64,000 nt of DNA from Butyricicoccus sp. Marseille-Q5471 (GCF_951230135.1 NZ_CATNVC010000001.1:76746-140745), one strand, 5' to 3'. Counted from the first letter of the stretch, positions 18,720 through 27,810 are shown. Notes: generated by a model from the sequence alone, not told the origin. Numbers and translations: made by a program.

Positions 18720-19133
18720 TTACTTTTTGATATGCTTATAGCGCTTTTTCTTGCGCATACCCGCACCGGCAAAACCGCCGAGCGCCGAGCCGACGAGCAT
18801 GCAAATCACACTCACCAGTACGCGCAGGATATGAACGGGCTGTCCCAGAGCGATTGCCCCGCCGACAAGCATCACCAGAAAAACCAGCGCCCCTGCGCCG
18901 ACCGCCCAGAGGAACTTGCCGCCGGGTGCGCGCTTGGCCGAAATCATCGCCGCCACGGCACAGCCAAACGCCAGAAAGACCAGCGCACAGGGTGTTACCG
19001 CGCCTTCCCCGAGTGTGCCGCGCTGCACAAGCAGAGCGCCCACAAACATCAGGAGCAGGGTCAGGATTAATCCGGTACCCGCCGCCGGCAGCAGAATGCT
19101 GACCGGTGACGTACCGCTATCGGTTTTTCTCAT
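18720..19133 (-). CDS. Small integral membrane protein (conserved SCIFF/yajC neighbourhood)
   Basis: 137 aa with three to four TM helices and a basic C-terminal tail (RKKKRYKHIKK). Its stop lies 27 nt from the SCIFF start. Confidence 0.5.
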   Translation of the reverse strand: MRKTDSGTSPVSILLPAAGTGLILTLLLMFVGALLVQRGTLGEGAVTPCALVFLAFGCAVAAMISAKRAPGGKFLWAVGAGALVFLVMLVGGAIALGQPVHILRVLVSVICMLVGSALGGFAGAGMRKKKRYKHIKK

Positions 19134-19191
19134 ATCACGCTACCTCCCGCCGAAACTGTTTGTACATGGTATTCGGCAAAGAGTTGGGTTA

Positions 19192-19521
19192 TTACTTCTT
19201 TTCGTTTGCTTCCTTGGGCGCTTCAACACCCTCGGTCGCCGGAGCTTCCTTACCGCGGATCGCCCAACGGTAAATGCGCAGCTTGGTGCGATCGGAAGAG
19301 GTTTCGATGGTCAGTACATCGTCCTTAATGTTGACGACCTTGCCGATGAAACCACCGATGGTCGAGACTTCGTCACCAATCGAAATCGAGCTTCTCATGT
19401 CACGCTCAGCCTTGTCGCGCTTACGCTGCGGACGAATGAGCATAAAGTAGAACACAACGACGAGCAATACGATCGGCGCGAACTGAACGATATAGTACAG
19501 GTAATCCTGTCCACTTGGCAT
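19192..19521 (-). CDS. yajC: Preprotein translocase subunit YajC
   Basis: Starts MPSGQDYLYYIVQFAPIVLLVVVFYFMLIRPQRKR. ATG at 19521 has RBS AAGGAGG. The ORF-track extension is rejected. Confidence 0.85.
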   Translation of the reverse strand: MPSGQDYLYYIVQFAPIVLLVVVFYFMLIRPQRKRDKAERDMRSSISIGDEVSTIGGFIGKVVNIKDDVLTIETSSDRTKLRIYRWAIRGKEAPATEGVEAPKEANEKK

Positions 19522-19668
19522 ATTTAACACCTCCTTGTGCTTTTTGCCGTTAATAAATTTATTATACTGGAAGGTTATCCAAATTACAAGCCTTTCTTTT
19601 GATTTCGCATAGGACAATCCGCCGCCAACATAAATTAAAACCACTATCTGGAAACGAGGTGCTAAGCT

Positions 19669-20367
19669 ATGCTGTTATCCGCCCTGCTGGCGCTGGGAGG
19701 CGCGTTTTTCTTTCTGGTGCTGCGAGTTCAAGGCAGCGGCGGTTCGTTCCCCAAGCCGCTGTCCCCCGAAGAGGAGCACGAGCTGCTTTGTAAAATGCAG
19801 GAGGGGGACGAGGCCGCGCGCGCCAAACTGATTGAACATAATCTGAGACTGGTTGCGCACATCGTCAAAAAATATTATGCAGACCGTGCCGAACAGGATG
19901 ATCTCATTTCAATCGGCACCATCGGACTAATCAAGGCGGTCAGCACGTTTAACGCGGATAAGAACATTAAACTTGCGACCTATGCCTCCAAATGCATTCA
20001 GAACGAACTGCTTATGCACTTCCGTCAAAAACGCAAATCAGCCGGGGAGCTGTCGCTCTCGGATTCGCTCGACACCGATGCGGACGGCAATGCGCTGAAT
20101 CTGATGGACGTCATCTGCTGCGAGGATCTAAATCTTCAGGCAGTAGAAGAGCACGACCGATACGACGCGATGCATCAGGCGCTCGCAGCCTGTCTGACCC
20201 CACGCGAACGTGAGATTATCCGCCTGCGCTACGGACTCGGCACACCTGCCCCACTCACCCAGCGCGAGGTCGCCCGACATCTCGACATTTCTCGTTCCTA
20301 CGTTTCACGCATTGAAAAGAAAGCGCTCGAAAAGCTGCGCGAATCATTGGAACACCAGAATGATTAA
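19669..20367 (+). CDS. sigK: Sporulation sigma factor of the SigE/SigK family with N-terminal pro-sequence (most likely pro-sigma-K)
   Basis: Has a hydrophobic 24-aa pro-peptide before SFPKPLS, then LIEHNLRLVAHIVKKYY, GTIGLIKAV and ISRSYVSRIEKKAL. No adjacent spoIIGA, which favours sigK over sigE. Classification between E and K is uncertain. Confidence 0.7.
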   Translation: MLLSALLALGGAFFFLVLRVQGSGGSFPKPLSPEEEHELLCKMQEGDEAARAKLIEHNLRLVAHIVKKYYADRAEQDDLISIGTIGLIKAVSTFNADKNIKLATYASKCIQNELLMHFRQKRKSAGELSLSDSLDTDADGNALNLMDVICCEDLNLQAVEEHDRYDAMHQALAACLTPREREIIRLRYGLGTPAPLTQREVARHLDISRSYVSRIEKKALEKLRESLEHQND

Positions 20368-20417
20368 AGCTGCTCCAGCGCTGCGGCACAACTGTGCCCG
20401 GCGCCTGCTCCACGAGA

Positions 20418-20450
20418 AAGGAGTCCTTATATAAGGGCTCCTTTTTCCCA
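20418..20450 (+). terminator. Intrinsic terminator after the sigma factor gene
   Basis: AGGAGTCCTTAT/ATAAGGGCTCCT hairpin followed by TTTTTCCC. A second weaker hairpin GAGCTGAGC/GCTCAGC follows. Confidence 0.6.
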
Positions 20451-20490
20451 TGCTTATATAAAGAGCTGAGCATGCTCAGCCGTTTTGGCT

Positions 20491-21381
20491 TCATCCAATG
20501 ACATTTGTCAGTATGCCGATGCCGTCAATCTCGCACTCGACCACATCGCCATTTTTCAAAAAGCACGGCGGCTGCATGCCCATGCCCACCCCCGCGGGCG
20601 TTCCGGTTGCGATGATTGTGCCCGCCTTTAGCGTCATACCCTGTGTCAGCTCGGCAATGATTTCCGCGATGCCTGTCATCAAATATTCGGTGTTGCTGTC
20701 CTGCCGCGTTTCGCCGTTGACCCGGCAGCGGATACCGAGCGCAGGCGGCGAGGCGACCTCATCCGCCGTCAGGATGCACGGCCCCATCGGCGTGTGTCCA
20801 TCCAGACTTTTGCCGAAATACCACTGTTTATGGCCGGTCTGCAAATTGCGCGCGGATACATCATTGAGAATGGTATAGCCAAATACATAATCAAAGGCAT
20901 CCTCTGCCCTGACCTGCCACGCGTCCCGACCGATGACCACGCCAAGCTCACATTCATAATCCAGACTGTCAACCAGGGTTTCATAGGCCGGAATCACGCC
21001 GCCGTTCCAATTGGCTTCGCTCACCCGCTTGGAAAAGTAAATTGTGCGCGGGCGGTCGCCAAACGCCGCTCGGTCAAAGCGCCCGGCCTCCGTCAGGTGA
21101 TCATAGTAATTGATGCCGAGGCACAGCACATCCTGCAGCGGGAACGGAATGGGCGCACGCGGCACAAGCGCATCAAGGCGCAGGGGCTCTTTCCCTTCCG
21201 GCGGCACGCGCAGCGCGGCAAGCTGCTCTGGTGACGCACTTCGAATCAGTGCGTTCATATCGGCAAACGCCATCCCCCAGCACGAAAGCGGCCAAATTTT
21301 GCCCGGCTGCTCCGTGTAGCCTACACCGATTTCATCCGGTGACTGCGCCGATGTTTGATATGTATATAGCTTCATATTCAT
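20491..21381 (-). CDS. Fumarylacetoacetate hydrolase (FAH) family protein
   Basis: 296 aa with FAH-fold motifs (VNGETRQDSNT...IATGTPAGVG). Confidence 0.8.
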   Translation of the reverse strand: MNMKLYTYQTSAQSPDEIGVGYTEQPGKIWPLSCWGMAFADMNALIRSASPEQLAALRVPPEGKEPLRLDALVPRAPIPFPLQDVLCLGINYYDHLTEAGRFDRAAFGDRPRTIYFSKRVSEANWNGGVIPAYETLVDSLDYECELGVVIGRDAWQVRAEDAFDYVFGYTILNDVSARNLQTGHKQWYFGKSLDGHTPMGPCILTADEVASPPALGIRCRVNGETRQDSNTEYLMTGIAEIIAELTQGMTLKAGTIIATGTPAGVGMGMQPPCFLKNGDVVECEIDGIGILTNVIG

Positions 21382-21557
21382 CCTCCCGAAATTCCCGGAT
21401 TTTCCGCTCTCATTTTATCATTTCATGCCATGTTTATCAATCTCATTTGATTGCAACGACCTGTTTTTGGGACATCTTTTCCTATTTGACCATTTTCCCG
21501 ACGCGCAAAATACCGTATGATAAAAGCATACAAGGCTATTCAGGGGAGGCTGTCCAT

Positions 21558-22589
21558 TTGAAACGTGAAATTTTGACCCGCATGATGGCGCAATCCGTCA
21601 TAGAGCAGGGACTGCGCGGCCTGCAAGACGATCCGCACCGCAGCCTGCGCCGACTGGTCGATTTCGGCAGTGAACTGGCCAACGGGCCGTACCAGAAGAA
21701 TTTCATCAACCTGTTTCGCAGGCTACTGAAACGGGAAGATTGCCCCTATTACAATTTGGCACAGAACGCCGTACGCGATGTCTCACACAGCCGGCTCAAA
21801 ACCTGCGCGCTCGGTCTCGGGTGGAACAGCCTGACTGTCGGCGCTGCCCGCATTCGCACACTGGAAGCGGAAAAGGGGCACAATATTCCGTGGTCGCTCA
21901 CACTGCACTTAGACGGCAGTGCGTGCGCCATGAACAGTGAACAGTACGAAGCCCTTGTGCATCAGGCGGTCGATCTGGGCATTTACTCCTATTTTCTCGT
22001 GCCGGATGAAAGCGCTGCCGCGCTGAGCATCGCGCTGGAACTTGTCAACCGCGCGCCCGACTGCGTCTTTTTCCTGCTGCTGCCGGAGCAGCGCGGCGAA
22101 ATGGAGCAGCTACCCGCGTCTTCCGTCCCCGACAACCTTATTCTCGGACTCTCGACCGACCGCACGCACTGGAGAAGCGACGCACAGTGCTTGCGAAACG
22201 CAGGCTGTCTTTATGCGCTTTATCGTGCCTATTCCACTCCGGAGGAGGTGCGCGAAATCACCTCTGGCAGCTGGGCCGCTGAAATCGCGCCTGATATGGG
22301 AATGGCAACGGTCTGTGTGGCGCGGCACGACTGCCCCCCCAACCTCGCCGAGCAGGTCTGCGGCTACACACTCCGCTCCCGCTTGTCACCGCAGTACCCT
22401 ACTTTTTTTGTTGATTTTTATACCGACAACCACTATGCCGATCGCTGTATTTCAGGAGACGCCTGCTTTATGGGTGTGCTGCCGGACGGCACAGTCACCG
22501 AATACTGCGACGGGCACGAAACTGCTGCCGCCTACTCGGTTTTCGATGCGCCGCTGTCCGAACTGCTCGCCCGCTATTTTCAAAAATAA
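21558..22589 (+). CDS. Hypothetical protein with Cys-rich C-terminal region
   Basis: Proposed TTG start at 21558 is preceded by GGGGAGG (the ORF-track start at 21231 has no RBS). 344 aa with no recognisable family. The last 90 aa hold six Cys (VCVARHDC...VCGY...RCISGDAC...EYCDGHE). Confidence 0.45.
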   Translation: MKREILTRMMAQSVIEQGLRGLQDDPHRSLRRLVDFGSELANGPYQKNFINLFRRLLKREDCPYYNLAQNAVRDVSHSRLKTCALGLGWNSLTVGAARIRTLEAEKGHNIPWSLTLHLDGSACAMNSEQYEALVHQAVDLGIYSYFLVPDESAAALSIALELVNRAPDCVFFLLLPEQRGEMEQLPASSVPDNLILGLSTDRTHWRSDAQCLRNAGCLYALYRAYSTPEEVREITSGSWAAEIAPDMGMATVCVARHDCPPNLAEQVCGYTLRSRLSPQYPTFFVDFYTDNHYADRCISGDACFMGVLPDGTVTEYCDGHETAAAYSVFDAPLSELLARYFQK

Positions 22590-22636
22590 AATCCCCCGTG
22601 CGGCAGCAACGCGGCACAGGGGATAACGCACTTTGG

Positions 22637-23257
22637 TCAATCGCCTTGCATAGGCGGTTCGAGATCGGAAAGACTATCAGCGTAAGCTGACAAATGTCTA
22701 AACACGCTTTTCAGCTGTCCTACGTACTGTTCCGGCGGCATATGCGCTCCTTCTGTCAGCCACCGCATGATGGAGACCAGCATTGCATCACTAAAAAAGG
22801 TCACGCAAAACCCGGATTCTTCGCTTGCCGCGAACGCGCCCTGCGTGGCGGAGAGCAGAAACGGCGCGACAACACTGCAAAGATAGTCCCGAAAATACTG
22901 CCGGAAGGAATTTTGGCCTGTCAATCGGAGCAATTTGCCGTAGAACACGCGTTCATCGTAAAAATACTTGCAGATTTGGGTCAGCAAATCCCATCCATCC
23001 TCCGAATGAGACTGATCCAAACACAAAATAAATTCCGAATAGAAAATCCATTCTACCAGATCGTATTTATCCTTAAAATGATAGTAAAAGCTCTTGCGAT
23101 TCATTTCACAGCGGGCGCAGATATCGCCCACGCTGATTTTTTCAAATGGCCTCTGCCGCATTAAGTCCTTCAGCGCCTGCGCAAGGGCTTTTTTTGTAAT
23201 GCTGGAGTCGGGCAAACCGTCCACCCCCTTTGCCTTGTCTTCATTATAGCAAGCCAT
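22637..23257 (-). CDS. TetR/AcrR family transcriptional regulator
   Basis: N-terminal TetR HTH (KKALAQALKDLMRQRPFEKISVGDICARCEMNRKSFYYHFKDKYDL). The start is uncertain. ATG at 23257 has a weak RBS, and a TTG at 23215 preceded by AAGGGGG is plausible. Confidence 0.7.
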   Translation of the reverse strand: MACYNEDKAKGVDGLPDSSITKKALAQALKDLMRQRPFEKISVGDICARCEMNRKSFYYHFKDKYDLVEWIFYSEFILCLDQSHSEDGWDLLTQICKYFYDERVFYGKLLRLTGQNSFRQYFRDYLCSVVAPFLLSATQGAFAASEESGFCVTFFSDAMLVSIMRWLTEGAHMPPEQYVGQLKSVFRHLSAYADSLSDLEPPMQGD

Positions 23258-23437
23258 TCGCCGTTTCACAAGCCGCTTTGTGCGTATCCTCTTTTGGACA
23301 GAATATCCAAAGTGTCCTAAAAATCGGCATTTGCCATGAAGTGTGCAAGTTTCGGACGATTCGCACTTTTGTCCCGTGCGGCACACGCCAAACTATGTTA
23401 CGCTTATTGATACCAAATCAAACAGGAGGTCGTTTTG

Positions 23438-26053
23438 ATGACACCACACCACACACCGCCGGACGAGCTTTTACGTTTTTATGCGCTTGACCCCGCCAAG
23501 GGTCTGTCCACCCAGCAGGTTGACGAAGCGCGTGCCAAATTCGGTGAAAACAAACTGCGCGAAAAGAAAAAGAAGAGCAATGCGCAGCGCTTTCTTGACC
23601 AGTTCAAGGATGTAATGATTCTGATTCTGATTGCCGCCGCCGTGGTTTCGTTCATCGTGGCACTGACGAGTGGCGGAGGGCACGACTTTTTCGAGCCGGT
23701 TCTCATTCTGCTGATTGTTGTCATCAACGCCATCATGGGCGTTTTGCAGGAAAGCAAGGCGGAAAAAGCGCTTGAGGCATTGCAGGGGCTGTCCGCACCC
23801 CATGCACGCGTGCTGCGAAACGGCAAAGAGGAAATCATTGACGCGGCCGCGCTCGTACCGGGCGATATCATCGTACTGGAGGCGGGCGATTTTGTGCCCG
23901 CGGACGCGAGACTGCTCCGTTCCTCCTCACTCAAAGCCGAGGAAGCTGCGCTGACCGGTGAATCCGTGCCCGCCGAAAAGGATGCGGCAGCCGACGTGCC
24001 GGAGAACGCACCGCTTGGCGACCGGCTCAACATGGTCTTTTCCGGCTGCTCGATTACCTACGGCCACGGCACGGCGCTCGTCACTTCAACCGGTATGAAC
24101 ACCGAAATGGGACGAATCGCCGGTTTGCTCAATAATGAGCAGGAAACGCAGACTCCCCTTCAGCAAAAGCTGGCAAAGCTGGGTCAATATCTCGGCATTG
24201 TCGCATTGATTGCCTGCGGCATCATTTTTGTTGTCGGCCTGCTTGACGGCATGCCCGTGATGGAAATTTTCATGACCTCGGTTTCACTTGCCGTCTCCGC
24301 CATCCCCGAAGGTCTGCCTGCCATTGTGACAATTGTGCTCTCGATTGGTGTGCAGCGCATGGTCAAGCGCAACGCAATCATCCGCCGACTGCCCGCGGTT
24401 GAAACACTGGGCAGTGCGTCCGTCATTTGCTCGGATAAGACCGGCACACTGACCCAGAACCGCATGACCCTGGTTCGCGCCTATGTCAGCGCAAACGCAG
24501 TAATCGAGGACATCACCGACCAAAACTCGCCCGAAGTGCGCCATCTGCTTGCGTACGGCACCCTTTGCTGCGACGGCTCGGTCATTTTTGACGGAGCACA
24601 GGAGCAGCACATCGGCGACCCGACCGAAACCTCCATTGTGCTGGCGGCGCATCGCAACGGCATGCCAAAGGACCAACTGAACGCGCGTTTCCCCCGTCTT
24701 GCCGAGCTGCCGTTTGACTCCGACCGCAAGCGCATGACCACCATTAACAAGGTTGACGGGCACAACATCGTCATCGTCAAGGGCGCGTTTGACGGCATTG
24801 CCGACCGCTGCGTCAAGGGCGATTTGGAGGCTGCATCCCGCATCAACGACGAGATGAGCGGGCAAGCGCTCCGCGTGCTCGCACTGGCGTGCAAGGAAAT
24901 TGATGAAGTGCCCGCCGTGCTCGACATGGAAGCACTTGAAAGCGGCCTGACCCTGCTTGGTCTGGTTGGCATGATTGACCCGCCCCGCCCGGAAGCGCGG
25001 GAAGCCGTTACCGTTTGCCGCCGCGCCGGCATCCGCCCGGTGATGATTACCGGCGACCATGTCGTGACCGCATCGGCGATTGCACGCGATTTGGGCATCC
25101 TGCGCGAGGGCGATCAGGCAGTCACCGGACAGCAGCTTTCCGCCATAAGCGAAGCCGAGCTTGACGCGCGCGTTGACCATATTTCGGTCTATGCCCGTGT
25201 GTCCCCTGAGGATAAAATCCGTATCGTCAAGGCATGGCAGAGCAAGGGGCAGGTCGTTTCAATGACCGGCGACGGCGTAAACGACGCGCCCGCGCTCAAG
25301 GCCGCCGACATCGGCTGCGCGATGGGCATTACAGGTACCGACGTTGCCAAGGGCGCCGCCGACATGACGCTGACCGATGATAACTTTGCCACCATCGTTG
25401 AGGCCGTGCGCGAGGGTCGCGGTATTTATGAAAATATCAAAAAAGTGGTCGGATTCCTACTGGGCACTAACATCGGCGAGGTATTAGCCGTATTCTTTGC
25501 AATGATTTTCTGGCGGCTGACACCGCTGCTGTCCATGCAACTGTTATGGATTAACCTTGTGACTGACAGCCTGCCCGCCATCGCACTGGGCATGGAAGCG
25601 GTCGAAGACGGCATCATGGATCAGCAGCCGAAGCCGAAGAACGAGGGCATCTTTGCGCACGGTCTGGGCGTGCGTGTCGTGCTGCAAGGCTGCATGTTCG
25701 CTATTCTGACACTAATCGGCTTCCATCTCGGCCGCACGGCCACCGGACAGCTTGCAGGAGGTCAGACAATGGCCTTCATCGTACTCGCCTTCTCTCAGAT
25801 TTTGCAGGCATTCAACATGCGCTCCACCCGCTCGCTCTTCAAAATAGGCTTCTTCACCAACTCCAAGCTCAATATTGCAACAGCAATCTCGCTCGGCCTG
25901 ATGCTACTGGTCGTGTTTACTCCCGCCGCAACAGCGTTCGGACTCATCTCGCTGCCTGCAGTTCAGTATCTGCAGGCGATTGGCCTGGCACTTGTGCCTC
26001 TGGTCATTATGGAGCTGTCCAAGGCGCTCGGCATGATACGGCACCACGGTTAA
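23438..26053 (+). CDS. Calcium-translocating P-type ATPase (PMCA/SERCA-like, P2A)
   Basis: 870 aa with DKTGTLT phosphorylation motif, TGDGVNDAPALK, TGES and ten TM segments. RBS AGGAGG sits 8 nt before the ATG. Confidence 0.9.
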   Translation: MTPHHTPPDELLRFYALDPAKGLSTQQVDEARAKFGENKLREKKKKSNAQRFLDQFKDVMILILIAAAVVSFIVALTSGGGHDFFEPVLILLIVVINAIMGVLQESKAEKALEALQGLSAPHARVLRNGKEEIIDAAALVPGDIIVLEAGDFVPADARLLRSSSLKAEEAALTGESVPAEKDAAADVPENAPLGDRLNMVFSGCSITYGHGTALVTSTGMNTEMGRIAGLLNNEQETQTPLQQKLAKLGQYLGIVALIACGIIFVVGLLDGMPVMEIFMTSVSLAVSAIPEGLPAIVTIVLSIGVQRMVKRNAIIRRLPAVETLGSASVICSDKTGTLTQNRMTLVRAYVSANAVIEDITDQNSPEVRHLLAYGTLCCDGSVIFDGAQEQHIGDPTETSIVLAAHRNGMPKDQLNARFPRLAELPFDSDRKRMTTINKVDGHNIVIVKGAFDGIADRCVKGDLEAASRINDEMSGQALRVLALACKEIDEVPAVLDMEALESGLTLLGLVGMIDPPRPEAREAVTVCRRAGIRPVMITGDHVVTASAIARDLGILREGDQAVTGQQLSAISEAELDARVDHISVYARVSPEDKIRIVKAWQSKGQVVSMTGDGVNDAPALKAADIGCAMGITGTDVAKGAADMTLTDDNFATIVEAVREGRGIYENIKKVVGFLLGTNIGEVLAVFFAMIFWRLTPLLSMQLLWINLVTDSLPAIALGMEAVEDGIMDQQPKPKNEGIFAHGLGVRVVLQGCMFAILTLIGFHLGRTATGQLAGGQTMAFIVLAFSQILQAFNMRSTRSLFKIGFFTNSKLNIATAISLGLMLLVVFTPAATAFGLISLPAVQYLQAIGLALVPLVIMELSKALGMIRHHG

Positions 26054-26065
26054 ACCGCTCTCCAA

Positions 26066-26099
26066 AGACCGCACCATGCAAACGTGGCGCGGTCTTTTT
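26066..26099 (+). terminator. Intrinsic terminator after the ATPase gene
   Basis: AGACCGCACC-atgcaaacgt-GGCGCGGTCT followed by TTTTT. Confidence 0.65.
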
Positions 26100-26128
26100 G
26101 CAGCATTGCCCGGCGGATTCTTTTGTGT

Positions 26129-26134
26129 TATAAT
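26129..26134 (+). promoter_or_regulatory. Extended -10 (TGTTATAAT) promoter element upstream of the aldo/keto reductase
   Basis: TGT-TATAAT about 35 nt upstream of the AAGGAG RBS of the AKR gene. Confidence 0.45.
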
Positions 26135-26169
26135 TTTTCATATTAAAGTAGTTTTAAGGAGCATTTTGC

Positions 26170-27015
26170 ATGAACCATATTCAAGACCGGATCCCGCTTG
26201 CATCAGGCACGGCGATTCCCTGCGTCGGCTTCGGCACATGGAAAACCCCGCCGGCAGAAACCACAGCATCCGTGGTCAATGCGATTGCCGCAGGTTATCG
26301 CCATATTGATACCGCGACCGCCTACGGGAACGAAGCCGCCGTCGGACAGGGCATCAAACAGTCAGGCGTGCCGCGCAGCGATATTTTTCTGACCACAAAG
26401 CTGTGGAATCCGGATCAAGGCTATCAGCAGACGCTGTCCGCCTGCGACAAATCCCTCGCTGCGCTGCAGACCGACTATGTTGACCTGTATCTCATTCACT
26501 GGCCGCATGACCGTAAGTATTTCGACAACTGGCAGGAGCGCAATGCCGAGACTTGGCGCGCGTTTGAGGAGCTGTACCGCGCCGGTAAGGTACGCGCGAT
26601 CGGACTTTCCAACTTCCGCCCGCATCACATCGAAAACATCCTGCAAAACAGCACCATCGCCCCTATGGTAGATCAAATCGAATTTCATCCGGGCATGGCG
26701 CAGCAGGAAACACTCGCATTTTGCCGGGCCCACGGTATGGCGGTGGAGGGTTGGAGCCCGCTCGGCTCGGGCCGTGTATTCAAGCTGGAAGAGATGCACC
26801 GCCTGACTGAAAAATACGGCAAATCCGTCGCACAGCTTTGTCTGCGCTGGGCCGTGCAGCATGGTGTCATTCCGCTCCCCAAGAGCGTCACACCGTCCCG
26901 CATTGCAGAAAATGCACAGATTTTTGATTTTGTACTGGATGAGGCAGATATGACCCTGCTGGACACGCTGGACTGCGGATGGTCAGGGCTCGACCCGGAC
27001 AATCTGGTCTACTGA
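26170..27015 (+). CDS. Aldo/keto reductase (2,5-diketo-D-gluconate reductase-like)
   Basis: 281 aa with the AKR signature (GYRHIDTATAYGNE, LYLIHWP, IGLSNF). Confidence 0.85.
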   Translation: MNHIQDRIPLASGTAIPCVGFGTWKTPPAETTASVVNAIAAGYRHIDTATAYGNEAAVGQGIKQSGVPRSDIFLTTKLWNPDQGYQQTLSACDKSLAALQTDYVDLYLIHWPHDRKYFDNWQERNAETWRAFEELYRAGKVRAIGLSNFRPHHIENILQNSTIAPMVDQIEFHPGMAQQETLAFCRAHGMAVEGWSPLGSGRVFKLEEMHRLTEKYGKSVAQLCLRWAVQHGVIPLPKSVTPSRIAENAQIFDFVLDEADMTLLDTLDCGWSGLDPDNLVY

Positions 27016-27035
27016 ACAGCCTCCACTTTGAATAT

Positions 27036-27078
27036 GAAAAACGGCATAGTCGGCAGAAAACCGACTATGCCGTTTTTG
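27036..27078. terminator. Bidirectional intrinsic terminator (convergent gene pair)
   Basis: AAAAACGGCATAGTCGG-cagaaaa-CCGACTATGCCGTTTTT, a perfect 17-bp stem. Confidence 0.8.
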
Positions 27079-27090
27079 TACGATGTTGCC

Positions 27091-27276
27091 TTAAAGTGCC
27101 GCGCTGGGAAGATTGTCCACAAAGGCCTTCATCTGATCCTCCAGCTGAATGGACTGTGCCTGATTTAAAATGGCCTGCTTTTGCTCGCTTGTACAACCCT
27201 GGTAAAACTCAATTGCTTTGATATTTTGACCAAGATACGCGCAAAAACTGGTCGGTACACCGCCGAGAGAGTACAT
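27091..27276 (-). CDS. Small hypothetical protein (61 aa)
   Basis: ORF with RBS AGAGGTGATATA upstream of the ATG. No recognisable family. Confidence 0.3.
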   Translation of the reverse strand: MYSLGGVPTSFCAYLGQNIKAIEFYQGCTSEQKQAILNQAQSIQLEDQMKAFVDNLPSAAL

Positions 27277-27344
27277 TATATCACCTCTTGCCTAGTATGC
27301 CACAAACACGGGCAAACTATCATAATCGATACAAACCGACGACT

Positions 27345-27479
27345 AATTACACATCGTTTCCCTTAATGGAATGTTTTTTTGCGTTTGCGTGCTGATTTTG
27401 ATTTTCGCGTGTGATTGGCGTTTGACCGTTGCATTTCTTCATACGTGCCTGCTTATTATCCGGCTGACTGTCTTTCGGC
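27345..27479 (-). CDS. Small hydrophilic hypothetical peptide (44 aa), unannotated
   Basis: MPKDSQPDNKQARMKKCNGQTPITRENQNQHANAKKHSIKGNDV, preceded by AAGAGGTGAATCGG. Under the track's 60-aa cutoff. Low-complexity and basic, possibly spore-associated. Speculative. Confidence 0.25.
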
Positions 27480-27810
27480 ATCCGATTCACCTCTTCTTTT
27501 TTGATTTGATCTGGTTTGCACAAACCTGAAGCTCTTCAAACGTGGCGATTTCACTGTTTTGCAGTTCGGTCTGAACGGACGGTGCAAGCGTTTGAAAATA
27601 CTCGAACGCTGTCAAATCCTGATCGAGAAGGTCGGACAAGCAAAGATGCACTTCATTCATAAAATCACCTCATGACATAGTTTGTCCAAAGGCACCGCCG
27701 AAATGAAGCGTAATTTTTTCTATCGAAGGGGCACTGTGACGCAAGCGCCGAGAGCAAAAGAAAAAAGTCCTCAAACCCGCATCGCAGCTAGGTTTCAGGA
27801 CTTTTCTCGT

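Noticed and set aside
27181-27366. Plus-strand 61-aa ORF 27181..27366
   Set aside because: No RBS. It overlaps the minus-strand small ORFs, which do have GAGGTGA SDs. The plus-strand terminator at 27036-27078 is upstream of it.
27487-27660. A 57-aa small ORF I first read from the ATG at 27660
   Set aside because: It came from my own transcription error (a dropped base). The ATG frame is only 16 codons. The longer 53-aa continuation is in another frame and starts at a GTG about 15 nt from the SD. Reported only as a possible frameshift in the findings.
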